This document shows positions 1 to 11,305 of a stretch of DNA of 64,000 nucleotides, piece after piece. A model generated the notes under the pieces. It was not told where the DNA came from and made no database searches. It saw only the letters and a program-made list of their open reading frames with translations. The translations under genes and the position numbers were made by a program. The first letter of the stretch is position 1. Every line of letters starts with the position of its first letter. Source of the stretch: Callorhinchus milii (taxonomy: Eukaryota); assembly GCF_018977255.1 (NCBI RefSeq), contig NW_024704743.1, positions 4,590,001 to 4,654,000 of the forward strand, read 5' to 3'.

Positions 1-352
1 ATTTGAGCTCACATCAGTTTGTTGGTGTTGAAACATGACAGGTGTGTCCACACCCTTCCTTCTTTGGCACAGTTGCACTTAGTATGTGGTGTGGTGCATT
101 GCCCCATCCTCCAGAACACAGCCAGGGCCCATATTAACCCATCAAGCAGCAGCTTTGTGAGCTGGAGATGTGTGGCTATCACCACTTATTGCCCAGCAAC
201 TTTCCTGCCTACCAACCAAAGTAGTCCCAGATATAAGAGTGTGCAATGAAATGCAATGCTTCAGCCTCAGAATTTCCTTGTTAGTCTTCTGACAGAAACT
301 TTTTTTCTTATCTGTTCTTGCTGTGTTTCTAACATGAACATTTGGGACTTTG

Positions 353-718
353 TAATAATAATATTCCTTGTATTTTGTTATAGCGCCTTATCACGTCTTC
401 GAGACATCTCAATGCCCTTCACAGAATATACTGCAAAGGGAATTGACTATATTTTGCGGGCGAAACGCAGTAGACAATTGCGCACAGCAGTGTCCCTCAA
501 ACAATCCTGGATTGAGTGATCAATCTTTCTCTTTGAGGGATTATTATCCCCAGAAAAGCGATCTGCCAATCGATTAGCAACCGGGTTCCTACTTACTGCT
601 GGGTAAACAGAAGTGTGTGGAGTAAGGAAACTCGCCCAACGTTTCGCCCTGCCAAGAATCGAACCCAGGTCCTCTCGCTTGCGAGGCGAGTGCTCTAACC
701 ACTGAGCTACAGGACTCC
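353..718 (-). mobile_element. SINE-B (long tRNA-Ala-derived SINE), full length
   Basis: Reverse complement starts ggagtcctgtagctcagtggttagagc (A box), has B box ggttcgattc, the long central block, Deu-like 3' block, stem-loop tail and (ATT)n end. Confidence 0.9.
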
Positions 719-1162
719 ATAGCTGTAAAAAAACAGTTGCTCCACGATTGCATCAAGCAGGACGTTGTACTGGCACAGGACTGATGGGCCACCTGAGATG
801 CTATTTAGTTTCATGCAACTCCAATTGGCAGGCGTACAAACAAGCAGACTTCCCCCCCACCCCCATCCCCCCCCCACCTCTCTCCAAATAATCTATGGAG
901 CGACACAATTTCATATATTTTCACGGTCTGTTTAAGATTGGTAATGACCACTTCCGGTAATGTATAAATTGCCAAATTTTCGTAACTGCCTAGCAGCACA
1001 TTTGCTCAAATGTTACCAAATTGCTTACCTGGCACTTTTCTCTGCAATGGGATTTCTGTTTCCCCCGTTGAGCAAATTTGCCAGCAGGCTAGGATTCCAA
1101 CAGCTGCTCCTCCTGTCCATCTGTAATAATTTTTTTTCTTAAAAACCTGCAAAAGATAGGTA

Positions 1163-1604
1163 GATGAAGGACTTCAATTTTGTGGAGAGAACAGAGAGGC
1201 TGGGTTTGTTCTCCTTAGAACAGAGAAGGTTGAGGGGAGATTTAATAGAGGTGTTCAAAATTATGAGAGGTTGTGATAGAGGAGGTAGGGAGAAACTGTT
1301 TCCGCTGGTGAGTGGGTCGCTAACCAGAGGACGCAGATTTAAGATGACTGGCAAAAGACCCAGAGGAGAGGTGAGGAGAGATTTCTTTACCTAGAGATTT
1401 TTTTTTGCTTCGAGCTGGAATGCACCGCCTGAAAAGGTGATTGTAGCTTTCAAAATGGAATTGGATAGGTATTTATAAAGGAACTCACAGGGTGATAGGC
1501 TAAGAGCGGGGGAGTGGGACTAGTTGGATAGCTCTTTCAAAGGGATGGCAAAGAATTGATGGGCCGAATGGCTTCCTTTTGTGTTGTAAGATTCTATGAT
1601 TCTA
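1163..1604 (+). mobile_element. CR1 LINE 3' end fragment
   Basis: ORF 1164-1394 reads LGLFSLEQRRLRGDLIEVFKIMRG...TRGRRFK, the CR1 ORF2 C-terminus; ends in gggccgaatggc...attctatgattct, the CR1 terminal repeat. Confidence 0.92.
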
Positions 1605-1624
1605 ATGATTGGCATCTATAACAC

Positions 1625-1997
1625 CATTGCAGAATTTGCTGCAAAGTGTATTTGTAGGCAAATGTAGCAGCCAATTTTGCGCGCAGCAATGTCCTACAAA
1701 GCGCCTTGAAGTGAACCACCAATTTTTTTCAGAAGGTTTGTTTCCCAGGACACCAGGCGAAACAACTTTCCCTTTTTGACGAGTGCTGTGGGATGATTAA
1801 CATCCACCCGAACAGGCTGACAACATCTTGGTTTAAAGTCTCATCTGAAGGATGGCACCTTTTAACAGTACAACACTCTCCTAAGCACTGCGTTGGTATG
1901 TCAGCCTGGACTATGTGAGTTCCAATTCCCGACGTGGGGTTTGAACCCACAACCTTCTGACTCAGCAGTGAGAATGCTACCAACCGAGCTGTGCTGA
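1625..1997 (-). mobile_element. Deu-domain SINE (old family), near full length
   Basis: Reverse complement has a tRNA-like head (gctcggttggtagcattctc...ggttcaaacccc) followed by the Deu core (ggtgccatccttcagatgagactttaaacc...gtgtcctgg...ttgctgcgcgcaaaattggctgc). Confidence 0.85.
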
Positions 1998-2302
1998 TGA
2001 GGCCAGCACTTTCCATATCCAGTTGTTTTGCCTGTCTCAGATCCACACAATACGACTATAGTCCTTGAATATTTTCCTAAATAATAGGAAAGCCTCTTGC
2101 AGACTGCTGCAATTTAACACTGTACAAGACACATACCGTCTTTCAATGTTGGCTATTTGACAAGGCTTTACTGGCATCACTGAGGATCTATTTATTGTGT
2201 GCCTGCTTTGTAAAAGAAGCGTTCTGCGTTTCTAGCAATTGTGAGCAGGGAATACAGGAGTTTTGGGTCTAGTTAAGAGTGGTTTGTTACTTCTACAGCA
2301 GC

Positions 2303-2625
2303 GGAGTCCTGTAGCTCAGTGGTCAGAGCACTCGCTTTGCAAGCGAGAGACCCGAGTTCAATCCCAGACAGAGGGCGAAACCTTGGGCAAGTTTCCTTAC
2401 TCCACACAGAGCCTAATAATAATCCCTCCAAAACCAAAAACGATAATAAATTGGTCATTTTCAATCTACGACTGTTTGTGGGACATTGCTGTGCGCAATT
2501 GGCTGCCGCGTTCGCCCACAAATATACAGTCAATTCACTTTACAGTGTGTTCTGTGAAGCGCTTTGGGACGTCCTCCCGGCGTGAAAAGCGCTATATCAA
2601 ATGCAAGGATTATTATTATTATTAT
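2303..2625 (+). mobile_element. SINE-A (young tRNA-Ala-derived SINE), full length
   Basis: Near-identical to copies at 8911, 30786 and 34173; TGC anticodon loop, stem-loop tail, (ATT)n. Confidence 0.95.
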
Positions 2626-2949
2626 AGTTTGTTCTGGCCAACAATTCTCCATATTTGTTGCTTGTTCATTTCATGGCTATTCTTGGAACTTTGTAACAAC
2701 AACAAATTGCATTTATATAGGCTGCCCCATTCAGCTACATACCCCCTTATCTCTCCACCTGCTTACACCTCACTCTGCTACCCATCCCCTTTGCACAGCC
2801 AGTTCCTGCCTTCATCATTGGCCTCGCTTTCAGCTGCTACACCCTCAAACTCCCTGCCTCAATCCCTTCACCTTCCCCCTCCTTGCCCATCTTCAGATCA
2901 CATCCAAAGACCTTTCTCTTCGACTGACCTACAGACTGTGCCTATATAA

Positions 2950-3610
2950 TCACAGCCCTGCAAACTTGTCCTCCCCAAATAATTATCTACTCTCTTAAAT
3001 GTCGTTGTCGAATCGGCTTCCGCCACCCTTTCAGGGCCATGAATTCCAGATCCGAACAACTCGCTGTGTGAAAACATTTCTCCTCACCTCCCCTCTGTTT
3101 CTTTTAACAACTAGTTTAAATCTGTGCCCTCGGGTTACCGACCCACCCGTCAGTGGGAATAGTTTCTCCTTGTTCACCCCATCGAATCCCCTCATAATTT
3201 TGAAAACTTCTATTGAGTCTCCTCTTCACCTTCTCTGTTCCCAGGAGAATAATCCCGGCTTCTCTCACCTCTCCTGATACCTGAACTCCCTCATTCCTGG
3301 TACCATCCCGGTCAATCTCCTTTGCACCCTCTCCAATGCCTTGACATCCTTCCTAAAATGTGGTGCCCGGAACTGAACACAGTCTCTCGCTGAGGCCTAA
3401 CTAATGTTTTATAAAGGTTCATCATAACTTCCTGACTTTTGTATTCTATGCCCCCATTTATAAACCTAATATCCCGTATGTCTTTTTAACAGCTTTATCT
3501 ACCTATCCGGCCACCTTCAAAGATTTACTTGCATGAACCTCCAGGTCTCTCTGTTCCTTCACCCCCTTTAAGATTTTACCAATAGCTTATATTGTCTCGC
3601 TTCATTTTTC
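2950..3610 (-). mobile_element. CR1 LINE ORF2 3' fragment
   Basis: Reverse complement encodes degenerate CVQFxAPHFRKDVKALERVQRRLTGMVPGMR and LFSxEQRRxRGD motifs. Confidence 0.88.
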
Positions 3611-4660
3611 TCCGTAATACACTTGTGTGAGAAAAGTATCAGTACAAGTGATTGAGCAAAGGACTGTTAAGAAGTATCAAGAGGGAACTAAGCACATTCT
3701 TGGAAATTAAAAGGTTTTGGGATTATTGAATGATGAGATAGTTGTATCGAAGGAATCTTTTGGAAAGTTAGATAGGCTCGATAGATCAGTGGTTTATTCT
3801 TGCTTGAAATTGTTCCCATTTAGTACATTTATAACTTCGCCTACAAAGTAGTCACTGCATTGTACAGTAACTCCTGTGAAACACATTGAAATGCCCTTCT
3901 GATGCAAAAGGCCCTGTATCAAATGCAAGGATTATTTATAAACTTGAAATGAATTCCAATTATAAAGAGTATGTTTTGATTGCTTCATTAGAGACTGGAT
4001 CAAATTGCCTTCTGAGGAACTTGGATAGATCTGAATATTTTAGTGATGTTTGTTTTCTAAAAAAATAATTCCAGTTCTTAATAGCAACTTGTTTGTTTGG
4101 AGGAAGCATTCTTTTTTCTCTTGTGAGTGTCTTGATGATCTATCTGTCTCTCTTGGTGTTTGTTCCAATTTGGAGAGGTTTAGTTAAGTGTTTTCTGATG
4201 ATAGCAGTAAGCAAAGCATAAGACGCTGCTTTTCTTCAGTTCTTTATGTTCACTTAGCGAGATTATCTATTTCAGCTTGGGCTATCTGTTGGCGTAACTT
4301 CACTGTAAATACCTAAGGTCACGCCAACGTATTTAGCGAGAAAGTCAAATAATGCTGCTGTTGCTGTAAACTTTACTTCTTTGTACTTCAAAATAGGGCA
4401 GACTAGGGCAGGTGTTTGATGAAAGCTTGATTTTACACATTAATTAAATCTTTATGACCATTTTGAGTGCGAGTTGGATGAAAAACAACGACTAGTTAGT
4501 AGAGAGGTAACCCTTCAGCGGAGGTAATAATAATGTCTCAGAGCGCTGAGCAGTGGCGGAGTTTGACACTGAGCCGGGAGAGAAAGGGGAAGGTGACGGC
4601 AGGCAGGCAAGGCGAGGTCAAAGAGGAAAGTCTTCTGTGTGATTTGACTTTCAGCTGTGA

Positions 4661-4840
4661 TTTGGTTTGGTTGGGTCAGCCGGGTGTCCGACACATGCAG
4701 AAACCCGTCACCGTGCTTAAGAGGATCCAAACCGCACTGAGAATTCCATGCATCCCACCTACACGTGGAAATCCCAGAGATATTTATGGGAATGGAATGC
4801 GCGCTCTCTCTCCCTGGAGGGACACATCCTGCTTTACCTA
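4661..4840 (+). repeat. Unclassified dispersed repeat (family X), best-preserved copy
   Basis: Core gggtcagccgggtgtccgacacatgcagaaacccgtcaccgtgcttaagaggatccaaacc recurs at 5997-6150(-), 9733-9785(+), 42152-42210(-) and 60231-60370(+); a downstream piece recurs at 41525-41570(+). Confidence 0.75.
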
Positions 4841-5996
4841 ATGCTGGAGCGCATTCTGCGCAGGTTGGCAAGAGCCAAGGCTTTGGGGGGAGCTCAGAGT
4901 GTGCGTTGGAGTAACTCCTGGAGCCCTGGCCAGCTAAAACCGCGTAGCTTGCGGTTTGTAAGTTGTCAAAAGCAAGGATAATATTGCAAGTTTAATTTTT
5001 TTCCCCCTTTCGAATAGTTGAAATTCTTAACTCAACTATTCTCCATCTGCTTGTGCTTCTGGGTCTACTTCTGGCTTCATCTATACGTACAATCTCATTC
5101 TTTGAACATCTTTTGAACGCTCTTACCATCTCTCTTGCTTGGCACCTAAGCTGGCCATTACAAAGAGCTCATTGAGTCGTTCTCCTGCGCGAGGGGCGCT
5201 GTATAAATGCAAGTTGTTTGCATTGTTGCATTTCGCTCACAAACGATACAGTCACTACACTTTACAGTATAGTCTGTCAAGTGCCTTGTGATGTCTCGTC
5301 GACATGATAAGGCACTATATCAAATGCAAGGATTATAATTTATATATACTATATATTTATACGTATATATATTTTTATATATATAAGGTCTCAATGACGA
5401 TTTAATAAAACTTGTGTTAGATATCAAGTATTTTTGTTCATTTTCAACATCTTGCTAATTTTGTCACTTTTTCTACCCTCGTCTTATGGCACTGAGGTTC
5501 AGTTCCCCGGTTGCTGTTTTTCATGTGTCAGTCGCAGATGATTTGATCACAGACAAGTCTAATCCTGCCATCAAATCTGGGTCAACTTCGATGCTCTGCG
5601 CACTCGCCTTTAGGGCTGTGATCGTCTTCCATGTCATGGTGACCAGAACTCTACATAGTAATTTGCTTACGCCTGCCAATACAACCTCTCTTGTGATGTG
5701 AAATTGCTTTCTTCATTTGGGTTATCAGGATGAGAAAGCTCCATTACCTCCAAAAGAACCAACACGTTTTTCTTGACCTCCATCCAGGCTTCCCACTTTC
5801 TACTTTGGGCAGAGATTCTTCCCACTTGGCTCTTGTTAACCCTTCAAATCAAAGCGTTCACTGGTAGGGTGTTCCCAGCTGGACAAGCAGTGGGGTGTTT
5901 GCAGTGGCAAGCTGTGCATTTTTACTTGGTTAAACTTCAGCGGCATCAACGCGAACTCTTGGATCAAGCCCTGGCTCCTGTGTAGATCTCCGGGAT

Positions 5997-6150
5997 AAGG
6001 TAAGCAGGGTGTGTCCCTCCAGCACATTTCCATTGCAGTCACAGGGCAATTTCCATGCAGAGGTGGTACACATATGTGGTTTGGATATTCTCGAACACGG
6101 TGATGGGTTTCAGTGTGCGTCAGACAACAAAACCCCACCCCCAAAACAAA
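5997..6150 (-). repeat. Family X copy, inverted relative to 4661-4840
   Basis: Reverse complement gaaacccatcaccgtgttcgagaatatccaaaccac...ctggagggacacaccctgctta aligns to the 4661 copy. Confidence 0.7.
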
Positions 6151-6582
6151 CTGCCCACTGCATCCCTCAAACCCTTGCGTCTCCAAAAAAAAGCATCCAG
6201 TTGTCTCTGGATGCTTCATTGATTTCCCTTGATAACGCCTTCTACAAGTCCACTTTTACTTGTGTTCGTTGAACCATTTTGCCTGTCTTTCTTACACTCC
6301 AAGCCCCTAATTATTTCCACCAATCTTCAGCAGCTTAAAAACCAGCATCTTAAACTTCCCAAAGAAGACCACAGGAATTGATGCTGTTTCAGAGCATCCA
6401 GCCTGTGCTTTAGTCATCGTTCTCTACGTGGGTTGAATGGGGGTGGACGGCATTGTGCATCTCTTGCGCTGAAGCCAGAGGCAACGTCATTTTCAAGCGA
6501 AGGTTGCTTCAGTAAGAGAAGCTCCACTCTCTTGTCAGTGCCTTCACTCAGCCAGTGCTCATCTTTCCATCCCACGTAACCT

Positions 6583-6946
6583 TAATAATAATCCTTGCAT
6601 TTGATATTTGATACAGCACCTGATCACGTCATTGAGATGTCTCAAAGCGCTTTGCAGAATCTTTTGTAAACTGGGTATTTTGTGGGCAAAATGTGGCAGC
6701 CATTCGCACCCAGTAGCGTCCCACAAACAGTCGTGGATTGAGCGACCGATATGTTTTTTTTGGAGGGATAATTACCTTTGGAAAGAGATCGCCAGTCAAC
6801 AAACAACCGGGTTCCTTCTTACTGCTAGGTAAGCAGAAGGGTGTGGAGTAAGGAAAACTGCCTAAGGTTTCGCCCCGCCCGGGGGAATCGAACCCTCATC
6901 CTGTCGCTTACGAGGCGAACTCCCTAACCACTACGATACGGGACTC
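6583..6946 (-). mobile_element. SINE-B, diverged full-length copy
   Basis: Same head, long central block and tail as 353-718. Confidence 0.88.
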
Positions 6947-8792
6947 AATGATTATTCTAGACGAATTGTGGCTTGATCTTCTAATAGTAATAATAAAAAA
7001 GCATTTGATGTAGCGCCAACACAATATACTCATATATGGCGGCTTTCACATCGGGAGGACATCTCGAGGTGCTTGACAAATCTGAGCTCAGGGTGAGAGC
7101 CAAAGGGGGCGGGGAGGGGAAAAGATGATCTGATGCCCCTTCAAGAGCTTCATCCTGAGCTAGGCCTTGAACGTGGGGAGGGAGCGACGTGAGTATTGTA
7201 TTGTTGAGACATTCGCAGGATTTACTGCTCGGATGCACTCCCCTTCCTTCCGGGGCATATAACAATCTACTGACTCAAGTGTTCACTCAAGGTGTCAGCC
7301 TAGTTCAGCTGGTAGCACCCTTACCTCCGAGTCAGAAGGTTGTGGGTTGTGGCTCCTGCGATGCGATTGTTTGTCTTCAAAATACATGGTCACCGGGGCT
7401 ACGCTTCACAGTACATCCCGCGAAGTACTTTTCAAATGCAAGGATTTCTGTATGAGGACTACTCAATTGTTGAGCGACACAAATATGAATCAAGAGCTGG
7501 ATCCATTAGCTTGAACCTTGTGGCGATAAATCAACAAGTTTTATACAGCGCCCTCAATGCAAGTTGGAAATCTGGGACCTCCATGGAGGAAGGGAGTTGT
7601 GGCCCCTATCCAAGAACTGAAGAACTCCTGCCTTTGCCTCTGTTTTATTTCTGTTGTAAGTGAAAGGGACAGGGAACAGCTATGCAGCTCCCAATGGAGC
7701 TGCGCGGAGTTGCACGGAAGATAAAGAGCGATCGGTATCTCCATTTTATGCGGAGAAGCAGTTTTGTTTCCACCCCCAGAGTGGTGTTTGGTCGTGCAGT
7801 TCTTCTGAGACATCCCCAGCTCTTATCACACCAAGCTGCAGCTCAGTCGTTGGCTAATAATAATAATAATAATAATAATCCTTGCATTTGACATTTTTTT
7901 ATATAGGCAAAGTGCTAGGTAACCTTTTCCGCTCTCCGACACGCTATCCTGCTTGAAGGACGCTATACAAATGCACATTGTTGTTCGATGGTCTCTACTA
8001 GTTTTGCTTTCGCATAATAATAAAAATAAACCCTTGTATTTGATACGGCGCCTTATCAGGTCGTTGAGACGTCTCAAAGAGCTTCACAGGATATATGGTA
8101 GAGTGAATTGACTGTGTATTTTGTGGGCGAATCGCTCAGACTTAATGTCTTAATAATTCATTAACTTGAGACTTAATGTCTTAACGTTTAGGACCTTGCA
8201 AAATCTTTGGAAAATGGCATTAATTACGGACTTTGGCGGCCAATTTTCCGCAGCGCTGAAAAGGAAGAGCAGAAAATATGCTTCCCCTTCCTTTTCCCTT
8301 ACAGGCCCTCTGAAACCCCCCCCCCCCCCCCCACCATCTTTGTAAGCAACAACAACTTGCATTTATATAGGGCCCTTCACTCTGGGTCGTGTCCCGGAGA
8401 GCTTGACAGTGACAGAGTGTGTGGTAAGCAGCTCGGATAAGATAAGGAGGTGCCGGGGGAATGAAGTGATTTGAAAACGAGTGAGAGGGTCTCGCACCAC
8501 GATCCAAGGCCCTCCGATGGTGCAATTTTCTCACTGCAATGACTCCTTGTCTTCCTGGAAATGCGTGAAGCTGGCGATGACAACGGTTGAGGAATCGAAA
8601 GCTTTTATGGAGTTATTTTTCTGTGTAGTCCCGTAATTAGTTTTCATGACTGCAGTATTTCATGCGAACAGATTGTTTATTGAATTTTCTTTCCCCCCAC
8701 CCCGATTAAAAACACATTTTATTTTAACCTGCTCAGCTACTCTGAGCAACCCCCAAAGCCACAGAAAGTGGCCTGGCAAGTCTCGAGAACGC

Positions 8793-8818
8793 AGAGAGAG
8801 AGAGAGAGAGAGAGAGAG
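8793..8818. repeat. (GA)n microsatellite
   Basis: Uninterrupted GA run. Confidence 0.9.
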
Positions 8819-8910
8819 AAATTTGGCTCGTCACCCAGGTTTATAGAATGACTGATATATTAACCGTTCAATCCCCAGACTATAAACGTACGTTGCAAAA
8901 GTACCAATGT

Positions 8911-9234
8911 GGAGTCCTGTAGCTCAGTGGTTAGAGCACTCGCTTTGCAAGCGAGAGACCTGAGTTCAATTCCAGGCAGAGGGCGAAACCTTGGGCAAGT
9001 TTCCTTACTCCACACAGAGCCTAATAATAATCCCTCCAAAACCAAAAACAATAATAAATTGGTCATTTTCAATCTACGACTGTTTGTGGGACATTGCTGT
9101 GCGCAATTGGCTGCCGCGTTCGCCCACAAATATACAGTCAATTCACTTTACAGTGTGTTCTGTGAAGCGCTTTGGGACGTCCTCCCGACGTGAAAAGCGC
9201 TATATCAAATGCAAGGATTATTATTATTATTATT
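8911..9234 (+). mobile_element. SINE-A, full length, consensus-like
   Basis: ggagtcctgtagctcagtggttagagcactcgctttgcaagcgag...agcgctttgggacgtcctcccgacgtgaaaagcgctatatcaaatgcaagg(att)n. Confidence 0.95.
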
Positions 9235-9387
9235 GACGTTCAGAAACTTGCGACTGCAAATAAATGTTCTTTGATGTGAGTTCTTTTTTTTCTAAAGAAA
9301 ATAGCCTTTAGAGTTCTTTCCTTCTTTGTTTGAATTATACAATTATTTTTCGAACACGGTACGCAGTATTTTTTTTTTGGTCCAGAT

Positions 9388-9693
9388 TTCGTCTTTCGGA
9401 TGAGACGTTAAACCGAGGTCCCCGTCTGCCTGTTCGGGCGGATGTAAAATATCCCACGGCACTGTTCGAAAAGAGAAGAGAGTTTCTCCCTCCCAAATAA
9501 TAATACAACCCTCCAAATAAAAGTCGGTCACTCACTCTACGGCTGTTTGTTGGACGATTGCTGGGTGTGGTATTTCGCCCACAAAATACCCTTGATATAG
9601 TGTATGGTGTGAAGCGCTTTGAGATGTCTCAACGACGTGATATAAAGCTGTATATCAAATGCAAGGATTATTATTTTATTATTATTATTATTT
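9388..9693 (+). mobile_element. Deu-domain SINE, 5'-truncated
   Basis: gtctttcggatgagacgttaaaccgaggtccccgtctgcctg...atcccacggcactgttcgaa is the Deu core; ends in stem-loop tail and ATT repeats. Confidence 0.88.
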
Positions 9694-10154
9694 TTAGCAA
9701 ACTGCCCAGGATTACCTTTCTTTTTAATGAAGGACAGGTAGGTGCGGAAACCTACCGCCATGCTTAAGAGTATCCAAACTATGTGAAGAGAGACATGTGT
9801 GACAAGTTTCATTATGTAGACCCTTCGCGCTGGGTCATGTCTTGGAGCGACTGCTCTGATGTACGGCGAGCTCTTGATCTCAGTCCTGCCTATCTGGAAG
9901 AGACAGCTAGTCATTAAATTTAGGATTTTCCCCGGGGAAAGGGAAATTAGATCTTGAATCTGAATCAACCTGGTCCTTCAAGTGTCCGCTGGTGTTAGGG
10001 AATCTTACAGATTGGCAGAGGCCTTATGAACACGGCTGGAATGGGGTCTTCAGTTGCTCATTTAGATAGCAGCACGCGTTCTGGTAGTGCTATATTTAAA
10101 AAATACATATAAGCAATATAGGCTGCCGAACTCTGCAGATACCTGCTACTCTGT

Positions 10155-10520
10155 GGAGTCCTGTGGCCCAGTGGTTAGAGCACTCGCCTCGCAGGCAAGA
10201 GGAACTGGGTTCGATTCCCAGGCAGGGCGAAACCTTACTCCACACGCCTGTTTACCAAGCAGTAAGTAGTAACCCGGTTGTTAGTTGGGCGAATGGTGGA
10301 TCGCTTTTCCAGGGGTAATAATCACTTCAAAATGAATAAATAAACAATAATAATAATCCGCGACTGTTTGTGGGACGCTGCTGTGTGCAATTGGCTGCCG
10401 CATTTTGCCCACAAATATACAGTCAATTCACTTTACAGTATATTCTGTGAAGCGCTTTGAGACGTCTTGAAGGCGTGATAAGGCGCTATATCAAATGCAA
10501 GGATTATTAGTATTATTATT
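10155..10520 (+). mobile_element. SINE-B, full length
   Basis: Head with CGC anticodon loop, central gcctgtttaccaagcagtaagtag block, B-type tail gtgataaggcgct. Confidence 0.9.
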
Positions 10521-10884
10521 CATTTTGTGATGCCAGCACCAATACGCCTCAAGTGACCTGAGGTAGTCATTTTTTTTCCTTGCATCTCTCCTCTGCACCT
10601 CCCATGTTGGCATGACCCAGATTACGTTTCTTGCGCTGTTTAACTTGCAAGAGAAAACTCAAACTCACCTCGCCTTGTCCTTCCTCTGTGACCTCCTGCC
10701 ACCCTAGTGATCTGACAGGTCCCTGCAATCGTCCAAGACTGGCTTGTTTCCACCCCCTTCGAAACAGCTGTCATCATCCCCCCCACCCCACTCAAATAAA
10801 CTTCAACCCGATTCCTGTCCCTTAATTAACGTCCCATGTCCCATCTGCCTTTCCTCTCTGAGTTGCTTTCCTTTCTGCCTCCAA

Positions 10885-11305
10885 TATCTGGAACTCCATC
10901 CCCGATTGCCCTCCTCTTCGACCGTGCCTTCGGTCACCCTCTTCTTCCCCTCCCCTCCCCGCCATCCACCCCTCCTGATCCCACCAGCTCGGGTGCGGTT
11001 CCCTGACTGTCCAACGCCTTGGGACGTCCTCCTGATGTGAAAGGTGCTATACAATGTAATTTGTTGATGTTGCTGCCCTCACCTCGCCCCTTTTCCTCGA
11101 CTCCTTCAAGGTCTATTTCAGGACCTTCCTCTTTGACTGGCCCCATCTAACACCACCCTCACACCCCATGACTCCCACCCCTTCCCGAATCCAACTCCCA
11201 GCTCAGCTGCAAACCCCCTGAGGTCCAGACCTTGGGGCATCCTCCTGACGTGAAGGTCGTCGTATAAATGCAACTTGTCGTTGTTGCTGTTGTTGTTGTC
11301 GTCGT
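10885..11305 (+). mobile_element. Two tandem L2 LINE 3' ends
   Basis: Each has a ctcttcgacc-like motif, C-rich 3' UTR, ccttggg...cctcctgaygtgaa stem-loop and (GTT)n tail. Confidence 0.82.

Noticed and set aside
1029..1146. Minus-strand exon candidate (open frame, ccag|GTAAG donor)
   Set aside because: The acceptor abuts a CR1 edge, the peptide is not recognisable, and the strand conflicts with the better + candidate.
2263..2949. 228-aa ORF and the many recurring ORFs ending in poly-Tyr, poly-Ile or poly-Asn (e.g. 8909-9193, 30866-31201)
   Set aside because: They are translations of SINE copies and their (ATT)n tails; the same pseudo-peptides recur wherever the SINE does.
8911..8985. tRNA-Ala(TGC/CGC) genes
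   Set aside because: A/B boxes and the anticodon arm are present, but there is no acceptor-stem closure and every copy runs into a SINE body.
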